This document shows, in pieces, positions 50,737 to 61,300 of a stretch of DNA of 64,000 nucleotides. A model generated the notes under the pieces. That model saw only the letters and a program-made list of their open reading frames with translations, had not been told where the DNA came from and did no database searches. Origin of the DNA: Hamiltosporidium tvaerminnensis FI-OER-3-3 (taxonomy: Eukaryota > Fungi > Microsporidia); the NCBI GenBank assembly GCA_022605425.2, contig CM061246.1:310001-374000 (forward strand), read 5' to 3'. The stretch's first letter is position 1. The number at the start of each line of letters is the position of its first letter. The position numbers and the translations under genes were made by a program.

Positions 50737-52099
50737 GTTTAAATAGTAATTTTTCTGAGATTTTGTTCTTTATTTCGCTTCGAATATTGTATTCGAAAAA
50801 ATAGTATGTATAATCAATGAGTATTTTTTCAAACATCGTTATTATACAACCTATAAATTTTAGTTTGATTTATCCATTTCTTGGGAATAAAAAAATTTTT
50901 CGGCTTATACTCTTTTCCAATTTTTACAATCAATGTATATCTTGTTTAAGATTCTATAATACTTTGAAAGTTTTTGGTTTATTTTCTAATTGTCTTGACT
51001 TCTAATTTCTAAATAACGAACGAGTGTTAAGTTGTGTATTATATTTTTGTAGATGCTTAAATTGCATATAGAACTTTTTTTGAAGGTTTTAATCAATTAA
51101 AATTATATAACGATCTACTTTGTGTTATAAAGTATGTATAATCATTGTCTAATACTTATATTTCGATTATATTATTTGTTTGATATAATTAAGTATTCAA
51201 AATATGTGAACATTTAAGTTTAATAACGTACAAAAAGCAATGATTCTGGTTCAAGCATATATTTTAACCACAAAACATGTCATACTTATTCAAATTTTTT
51301 GTTAAAAAATCAACAATATATTCTAGCGAAATTTTTAAGGTGTAATTACAAATATTCAGACATTCAATATCCTGATTTGGTTGTCAATATAGATTTCCAC
51401 GGCAAAAGGTAACTAATTTGACCCTATAAAATTCATATTGGAACTGTGCAAAATTTTTTTATAAAATCAGAGTTTGATTTTTGAACCAGACAAATTTCAA
51501 AGGAAACTGCCGATTAAAGTCTTTAAGTGGTTTTTATACATGTTAATTACCATGAATAACCATGGCTTCAGTGTCTTTTCTACTAAATTAAATACAGATA
51601 GTTATTTGTTTAACGTCAAATAACATTCAAGTAGCGACATGACGAATCTTAATATATCCACATGTCATATTAAAGTTTAATTAAAAATTGATTATTTGAG
51701 CATATTTACTTTTCAATGTTTTATAAACTTCAAAATTGGTTTAAGAGTTTCAAATAAAGTTGTTAGTAGTGTAAATTTATTTGTATATTTGAATTCTATT
51801 TCATTTAAAAAAACTTATCATCTAAGATTCTCGGTTTGACAATACAACTCGATTTTATGATGATTTATAGAGAAAAATGTCATAATTCATCCAATTTTAA
51901 ATTTGGAAACAAATTAACAATTTACTATTGTCGATCTCTATTCTTAATAGAATATAAGCTAAACTGAGAATTGAGCAGAATTTATTTTAAATTTTTGTTT
52001 AATTGAATAAAATCTTTTATAAAATATAAACGAATGTATCAAAAGAAAAAATTGTTCGCGGTAATTACACTTCTTCTAATTTTACTTATCTAATCTAGT

Positions 52100-54700
52100 T
52101 CTCTTTTAACTTTCGGTGTAAAGAATGAACAAAAAAAACGCCAACATATTATGTCGCTGATTAATTCCTGGTCTTTTCTGATATATTCTTTATTCATACA
52201 AAGACGGTTGAACGAGTCAAACCATTTTATTATTGGTCTGCGTCTTAGTCCTTTGCCTTCTAACTTGCTAAATATGTTTGCTTTAGAATTCGTTTATTTG
52301 CAATTCTTGTCATATACCTGAACCAGCGTAAATATTTCTTATCCATTTTCTCCTATAATGATTATGTTTGAAGACACTATCTTCTCGTCTTGTTTCCGAT
52401 TCGAAATCTTCTGTTTGCTTCTACAACGCTTCTCGATGATCTCAGTTCAGAAGCCAGTATTATTTTACGCTTGATTAATGATAAGACACACGAGTCACAA
52501 CCATATGTTATAGTAGGAACATAAATTGAGAAGTACACAGCCTTCTTGGCTTTACCCTATATTTCATTCTTGCCTAAAAGGATTTTATTAATCGCACCAT
52601 ACAGTCTTCCGGTAGGGCTATTCTGGCGTTAAGATCTTCATGGTCTTTTATTGGCTCTTAGAGTTGTTTCAAGGGTATTAGAATCTCTAATTATTTTAAA
52701 AAGCCTTCGTTTGATTTAATTGGGTGCATTGTGTACTTTTCAAATAATACTATTGTTCCGATAAAATTTATCTATCCTATACCCTCTTTCAAAGCACTAT
52801 TTTCCAAATTTCTATATTTTCTTGCAAATCTTGTTTTTACTCTGGAAGTAAGCCTGATTCATCGGCATATGCTAATACCGTTAGTTCAATTGTTGCCACG
52901 TGTTGATTTCCGAGCTTACACTTTCTAGTTTTGCTTTTGCATTCCTTCATTATATCTTTTTGAAAAATATGAAATAAATCAGGTATAAGGATGTGTCCTT
53001 GTCTTAAACCAGAAGATGTGTCTTATTCAGACATAGCTTCAGTAAATGGTATAAAATTTTTGTATACTTCTCATAAAAATATTTTGGACTCATCTTTTTT
53101 GTGAGATCCGCCAAAGCTAAGAGGAATGCACACTATCGAATACTCCCTCTAGATCTATGAAGCACAGGTGTTCATAATTGCCTTATTCGATGGTTTTATC
53201 TGCAACTTGTCGTATTGTAACAATCAGATTCTGAGTTTCGTGGTTGTTTCGGAACCACTTTGCTCTTCATATGTAAGATTTCTACTTGTTTCTTTGGGCT
53301 TTTTACAGAGAACATTTGCATGTTTTTCCTGGGACACTTTGCAAGAGGGTGTTCTTGAGATTTTTACATTTTCTGTTATCTTTTTTCTTGTGTATTAGCT
53401 TACTAACTCATACTTCTAGTCTCTAAGTGTAAGAGTTTGCCTCTAAAATGTTCATTTTACATTTCTAAGTAAGTTTTCTTTAATTTTGCTTTAATATTTA
53501 AAAAACTCCGATTTTATTGCATGAGGTATTGAATTTTTGCAAATTTTCATTATTTCATAAGCCTTCTACAAGTCCCGTTTCGATTATTTCGGCACGTTTA
53601 TAACATCTCAAAATCATTAGTATCATTTTTAACCTTCGTGTTACGATTATTTGGGCTGAAATTTAACAACCGAAAATATTCTCTCCATCTTGCTATGACC
53701 AGTGTTTCATTCCTCAAAAGCTTTCTTAATTGCTTAGAACAAATTTTAGTTCACACAGTTTGTCATTTTTCATTTTCCATTTTCATTGAAACCTTATAAC
53801 AGCGCTTTAAAATTTGCCAAACAGTTTCCGGCTTATTACTCCCCAAACTATTTCCAACTTTTTTGACTTCTCTGATCGGTGTTTTACTTTTATTCGTCGG
53901 GTTTCATATTTCATGTAAGCTTCCTGAGATATGTTTCTCAAATATTCTTTCCGTCTATTCTTCTTTTTTAATTTTTATTTGACGAATTTAAACATCCATC
54001 CTGTCATCTTAACATTTTGTCACCTAAAGTTTGATTTTTTGCATACTGCTTCAGCTATATTCAGTATTTTTTTTGAATATATATCATGCGTTTTTCATAT
54101 TCTCTACTTGGAATTTTTTCCTCATAGATTTTACTTGTTCGAATATGAGATCTTTAAAATGATACGTTCTGTGGGTTTTGCATTTTAGAAATCTTTGTTT
54201 TTTTTAGAGATTACTTGTTTTTACATTTTTTTCTTCTTGCTGTTTTTTTTGATATTGAATACAATTTTTAGAAGTATTTGAGGAAGTTCGCTTCATGTTT
54301 CCAAGCCTATCATCAAGCCAAGTTCTATGCATTTTAGAAAGTTATTTCCGGTTACTAGTATCTAACAATTTTAAACTTTTCTTTTCATAAACATACTGCT
54401 TCAGCGAATTTATACACCTCTTTATGCGGAAATGTTTTGAGGTGATATTTATGTCATTTACTATGCAAAATTGTAGTAATCTAGATCCGCTATCTCTTTT
54501 GAGTTCTTATCTCTATGCTCCCATCACTCTTTCGGCATATTCCGGTTTACTGTCTGATTTATTATTGAGGTCTCTAAATGTAATAAAAATTGGTTTTATT
54601 AAATCAATTTTGACTTGAAAATGTTTACAAAATTCTCCCCTTCCTCTTCGATTTCGCAGTCATTTTATTGATAAACTACAAACAGGGTTAAGTCAGATTC
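52100..54700 (-). pseudogene. Heavily decayed LINE of a second clade (RTE-like)
   Basis: Minus-strand remnants in the correct order: RWREYFRLLN (~53660-53692), LCFIDLEGVFDSV (~53128-53167), GLRQGHILIPDLF (~52972-53010), LAYADE (~52858-52875). Boundaries approximate. Confidence 0.75.
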
Positions 54701-55359
54701 TCTTTCTCTTATTTTTAGACCCAAATTCTTTCATTGATAAAATTCACTGAAATATAAAATTCATCTGATCTCTGTGAATTTAGAATTAAACTCTACCTTT
54801 TGCCTTTTGATTTATTAATAAGCAAAGAATACAACGGAAGTAAACCGACTTTGATCATTTCGAAACTTCATTCTTTCTTTTGGGTTTATCAATGCGGTAT
54901 ATTTTGCTTTTGTTTGCTTATTAAATCAAAAAGTTCTTATGTTTCCTACTTGTACTTTTCCTTCCATTTCCTTGAGTTTAGTTATATTTTAACCCCAGGT
55001 CATTTATTTTCATTTTAATTTGGTTGCTTTTTCTAGTGTTTTTTAAATTTTATAAATTTAGAAATTTCAAAGGATTGGCCTATTAATTTCGCGCTTGGTG
55101 AAGGGTGTGCCTTTTTAAGCTTTTAGGCCTGCAATTATCAGATAGTACTCTGCTTCCCTATGTGAAGCTTATCTCCATCCACAGCAGGACATGATTAAAA
55201 AGGGTTACATAGAATGTTTCTGAGTAGATGTCTCAGTGTTCATAAGAGCCGAGATGCACTTCTCATTTTAGCAAATATTAAGAAAATAATCACTATTTTT
55301 TTCACCCAAAATAATATAGCCAAGAGAAATTAAATATTAATTGAATATATTCCCAATTA

Positions 55360-56850
55360 AATCCTTTTCAGTTTTTTTACATATATTTTACCTCTTTTAT
55401 TCATATCTTTTTTCTTCCAAATCAGACTCTTCATTTATATTAATTGCCGGTTCCTCCTGTGCAGTGATTCTTAACCAAGGTGCTCGCGTCCTCCGTTAAG
55501 AACAACTCTTCTATGGCATGATCTTCACAATACCATAAAGATATCTGCAGAGAGTTGTTAGTTGTTGATGAATAAATTGTAGATACCATCATTTCATGTA
55601 GCTTTCCAGTTGAGTAGCTAATAAATCATACTTGCAAATTCATCAACTTAAGGAAACATAGTTAGAAGATTGTCTGATACGATTGTTTCAGAATATTCAT
55701 TATATATGACCGTGTCATCGTTTTGATTCCACATTATAGACCCAAAACCCATAATTTAATCACGGATAACTATATGCTTGGATTTAACAAGCTCATGTAG
55801 CCAACGATAAAATCAACTCCGGAACATCTCGAGCATACCTTCTTCTTTCGGAATTGCTTATTATTTTCATACATAGTAGCCTTTTGACACAAAAATTACA
55901 GGATTGGTTCTTCATAACTAAAGCCTCAGAAAGATCATTTATACTGCTCAAGCGCTTAAAGTAAACTCTCGCATGATTTTCTTGGGGTTTTTCGTTTCAG
56001 AAGCGGATAGTTTTCTCTATCCAAGCGCCTTGTCAAAGAGATAATCGGACAGTCAAACTTGAAGACTTTGCTATTTCTCTATTTTACATCCAAAATTTAT
56101 AGCTTCTTTTTACCTGTTGTCTCGTAATAGCATATCAGGCCAGCTTATATGATATGAGGATCGTTTATTGACTCAAGTAGATGAGCCTCAAGATATTTAC
56201 CGACTATTTGATTGCATAAATCTAGAAATTGAAAATGAACACATTCATTTACTTGTTTTCGAGTTCGTCTTATCATCTTTTTCACAAATCTCTTATAGGT
56301 TTCTTTGATTTTATCAAAAAATTTATCTTGCAGAACGATGTACTTGGGGGTGCGGGCTAAATTACATGAATTGGTGTAGCAAAAGCGAATAAACGTCGCT
56401 CTATTCTCTTCTAATTTCACTTCTTTTCAGTCTCATTTTGAGCCAACATTTTTTAAACGTCGACCGTTATCAAACCCCCGGCTTTTTCATTTTAGTACCT
56501 GTCAAGCCCTGTCCAGTCATTTCAAGGCATTCTTTCAAACCTTGTCTGTACTGCAAAAAAAACAATTCGTGTAATTTATTAAAATAGGCTGTTACCTAGT
56601 CAAATATTCTCCGTTGTGTCATTGGCCTGTGGTATTTTGGAATGGCTGAAGTAAAAGATTTACATTTCAAACGATGTGTTCCCAATCAAAAACTTTAACA
56701 AAGGAGAACGAGGGGTATTAACTAAAGGTAAGTTTTAAGCTTATTATTTCTAATCCTTTTACATGTTTGACTTGGTAGTGGATGTGTTGCTCTTCAAAAC
56801 AGTAAAAAGGTAGCGGATTCGCGGTATGTATTGCTTTCATCATTTATATT
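55360..56850 (-). pseudogene. Old, internally deleted remnant of the RLE LINE family
   Basis: 3' tail homology (cttccaaatcagactcttcattt) lies within ~200 bp of the WKAAGIDG region and N-terminal blocks (ggcattctttcaaaccttgtctgtactgcaaaaaaaacaattcg). The RT core is missing. Confidence 0.8.
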
Positions 56851-58387
56851 CTGCTGCTTGTAATTTTCTATGAAATTTTTTTATGCTTATCTTAAAGTAA
56901 AAAAATGACACGAATACGAAACAAAACAAAGACTTTTGAAAATAATTGAAGAGAAAGATGGATTTATACTGAAATTTATTCTAATTCCTTTTTTTACACT
57001 TACATCCGAATGTTTTTTGTGGTTGTGAAATAATCTTGATAATGATTCAATTTTACTGCAAGTAAACCGTAATCAAAGTTTTATTGTATTTTTGTTCCAG
57101 TAAAGATGATTTATGTTTACAGTAAATATCTTTTGATGTTTAAAGTCTAAAGCCAAGCAGTACTAAAGGATTTGATAAAATCGAGGCATACTTTTATTAC
57201 AAATACACGAAAATGGGAATAATGCTTCCAACAAAAGAAACACTTGGTTACGGTAGTCTTAATAGCTATTTATACAACTTCATTCTATGTTCTATTTAAA
57301 CACATATTCAAATATTAAATTTCATGACTTCGATAAAATTTAGAAAGTATTATAAAGAAACGAGACCATAGAAATAATTTTACAAATTGAAGTTCATAAA
57401 GGATCATCTATAAGCCAAATATCTGATAAAAAAACAACCAGATTCTTTTTTCAAATAAAATGATACATATACATGATTGCGTAATAGATTAGCTTACATA
57501 TTAATAAAAACTAGAAAGTTTTACGAAAGTCTAGGAAACACAGTACTGATAAAGTAATCATTGAAAAATTATTGTCTTAACCTCATTAGGTAGGTTACTA
57601 GTGCTTGTAAAATTAAATATATATTATTTTCATAATATTTTTATAGTATAAATTATTTCAATATTTATTTAGACGTTGTGAACATACTCATTCAAAACTT
57701 TGATTTAAAATTAACAAAAAAATCTTTATAAAGCGCCTAATATGGTTTATATATAATGTTTTGATTTTTTTTACTAATAAATAGAAAAATAACACGCAAT
57801 AAAATCTTGTTCTATGTGCTTTTAAACGGAAAGTATGTACTTTTATTCTTTAAATCATAATTTGTTTGCGTAACCAAACACTAGATACATTAAAAAAGAC
57901 ATTTAAACACTATTAATTTTGAAAATTATTGAATATAAGATATAATATATAGGGATTTATTAATCTAAATATGAAGTAAAATATTTTGAATTTCTATTTA
58001 TTAGGTACTTATTCAACAAATAGAATGACATAAATTTTTTTTTACAAGATATTTAAATATAAAGGCTTTAGTATTATTTGAATTTCAAATATTTATAAGA
58101 ACCGATAGGCTAAAAAAGTGTTATTTATGAGTTAAAATGAATGATTATCCCTTAATATAAGTAAAATAAAATATTTTTATAAAATATTGCATAGTTTGCC
58201 ACCTAAAATATTGAAAATTTTAAAAGGATTAATCATAATAACGTTTATTCGATTTTTCGGCTGTGGATTTAAAAGAAGACCGCTTTTTCTGCTCAATATG
58301 AATTTTAAAAAACGAATTAAACTCCTACCGGGCCTCAAATGAAAAATAATCAAAGGTGTAAATTACTTAAATTTATAAGAATTTTTA

Positions 58388-61300
58388 TCATTTTAGAACA
58401 TTCTCTATCAAATATTTTCTAAGCATATCTACACTCACAAATTCATCTATTATATTGTTTTGAATTAATCTTTCTGTCGAATCATGTAATTTACAAAACA
58501 AATGGCCCAGTTTATTAAGGTTTTCAACATTTATCTCCATGCCACTTCTTTCCAAAACCTTTATACGTTCTTCTTCCTTGAATTTTATAGCTGATAAACC
58601 ATCAGGCTCTAAAATACCTACTTCTGTCTTGGGATGAGCACATATTCTGATATTTGCATTAAGTTTCTTATCAAATATGACCCACGTTCCTCCTCTTAAT
58701 TCTGCATTAGGTGGCAAATATACCAATATTTTGGATTTTAATTTAGATAAAATTCTTATTATATTTGATCCAAAATCTAAGACGTAATTTAACATGTCGG
58801 TTGTTCCGCCACTGAATCCTTTCCAATTAGCCAAAAGCAAAATATCAAGACATTCTTTACCAAAATTCATAAGTGAATCGGATATCTTTTTGGCTGTTTC
58901 GGGAAACATAACATTTTTGGTCCAAATTTTTTTTTTACGAATTGTATCGGGTTCACCTGGTATCTCATTTTCAATATTTTTTGTTTCTGAACTTATTACA
59001 CCGATGGTTTTACCCATAATCATTCCTCTCCCTATGATCACGTTTGGTGCATAATTTGTCATGTATTCCGTAAAAGAATCTTGATCTAAAATGAAATCCA
59101 AAACTTCTCTTTCATTATAGTTTTCCATAAAATAATTGCTAGAACAATATTTATCAAAACCGGTTTTTTGATAAGAAATAGTGCATAGTTTATTTTCAAT
59201 AAAAGGGTGGGATGATGTATATTCTAAATTTCGATAAGAATGGTTTTTAGCATCTACACCATTTTTACAAAAATCGTTCTTTTCATCACAGAGTATATTT
59301 GATATCTTTTCACCTAAAAGAGTTGAATTTATCAGATCATCTTTTTTTTCTTTCATGATTCTCGAATTGAAATAATAATTCAACCATTTGACTATTTGTT
59401 CGATTCCTTGATAGTCGTCAATAACAACTAAATGAGAAACACCATTCGCTTGCATTATGTCGGAACCACCAATATCATTGTTATTAGTATAAAATTCCTT
59501 TTTTAATAGTTTATTAAGGGCCCGATTTCCAGTTAAAATAATCGGAGATTTATTTTTCTGTATAATTCTATTTCCAAGTTTAACCAAATATGCTCCGATC
59601 CCGACAGATAATCCAGTAACATAGCTCAATGTAAAAATATTTTCATAGGCTTTGGTAGTTATATTTGCCATCAAACTTGAAAAAGAAAGATTTTCTGCGC
59701 CGGAATCTACGTTTCCAAATATAGATGTAATTTTATATTTATTCTCCATGGCTTCTAATGTCATTTTATCATCTGTATTCTCTCTTACAATCAAACACAT
59801 GTTTTCGGTTGTATCTTTCGTGGTTTGAGGATCTATACAAATTTCAATTTCCTCTTTTATTTTTTCATAAACACCTATTCTGGCACCAGAAGTACATGAA
59901 ATATATATTCGTGGTATGCAACTGTCCATTGCATCTAATGTTAATAAGTAAAAGAATACATCTTCAATTATTGAAAACGATCCATTTTTAAACGAAATAT
60001 CATTTGCGATGAGTATAAATGCATTTCCATTAAAAGATATTTTGTATCCAACTATTCCATTGCAAATGCTTTCTTTTTCAGAATTATCTATAAAATATAC
60101 ATCGTTATTCAGTTTATAGCTATTATGTTTTCTTTCGAGATCCTTTGATTCCTGATTTTTTTCTAAATTAATTCCAAATGCATCGAAGTTTTTAGAATGT
60201 AAAAATAGTTGTTGGATTTCATAACTGAAGTTACAAGAAACAAAATTACATTCAAATAATTCAATCAAATCCTTATAATAAACAGTTGAATTCTTAATAG
60301 CAATTTCTCTTTTATCTTGGATATCTTCTAATGAGTGAAAACAATTATCGTATTTTTGTTCTCTAAAAAAAATATTCCCATTATTTTTATTTGTAATCAA
60401 ACTATTTTTTAAAGTATTATGAATCAAATGTGAGTTAATCTGATATAACACCAACTGATCATTTTTATAAATTTTTTTTTCTAAATATCCTTTCAAATGT
60501 GACAACAGTATCACGAAGAAATCCACACGCTTTCTTTTTGCATCTTCTTCTGCATTATCTAAAGTTATTTTATCATTCCTGCTTTTATCCAACAACTTTA
60601 TTTTAATCTCACACTCTGTTACATTCACTTCTAAAAATTTATCTTTAAAAAAGAAAATACAATCATCGATTATATCGTAAGTGGAAGCAGGTGAAAAAGA
60701 AAAATTTCCTTTTACGACAACCAAAAGATGATTATTGGTGGTTTTATGTTGAAATGTCAATATTTTTATTGTACTTAATATTTGAAATATAGCATGTATT
60801 AGGTTATTCATATCAGAAATGGTATTACCACTATATGCATCGATAATAAATCTTACGAAGAGTCTTCTTTTATTGTTTGCTTTAGACAGGAATACAAACA
60901 TATTTCTAAAGAGACATTTATGTATTAAAACCGACTCATATCCACGAAATCTTTCAATTTCTAAATATTTAAATAGAAGTGGATCGATCAAGGAATTTTC
61001 ATACTTACTTAAAATGGAAGTATATGCAAGATTTTTGTAAAAATCGTGAAATTCATTATTTTCGTTAATATCTATGTCACCGAAGTGGGTTTTTTCCGAA
61101 GAATTCTGAATTTGGCTTGATATTTTGTTGTTATTATTGCTTTTTAGTCCGTATTTTGAATGTAATTTTTGACTATTTTGCATCGGAAAATCTTTTGCTG
61201 TATTTTTTCCAACATTCGTATTTGAAATATTTTTTTGATTCAAATGTACTTTCATATCATTTGGCTTAAAATCATAAGTTACAAACGGATATTTTTTGTC

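Larger units (their letters stand above)
41030..52075. repeat. Right arm of the inverted segmental duplication, carrying later LINE and hAT insertions
   Basis: Reverse complement of ~1720-8150, interrupted by 43770-47579 and 49995-50736. Confidence 0.88.
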
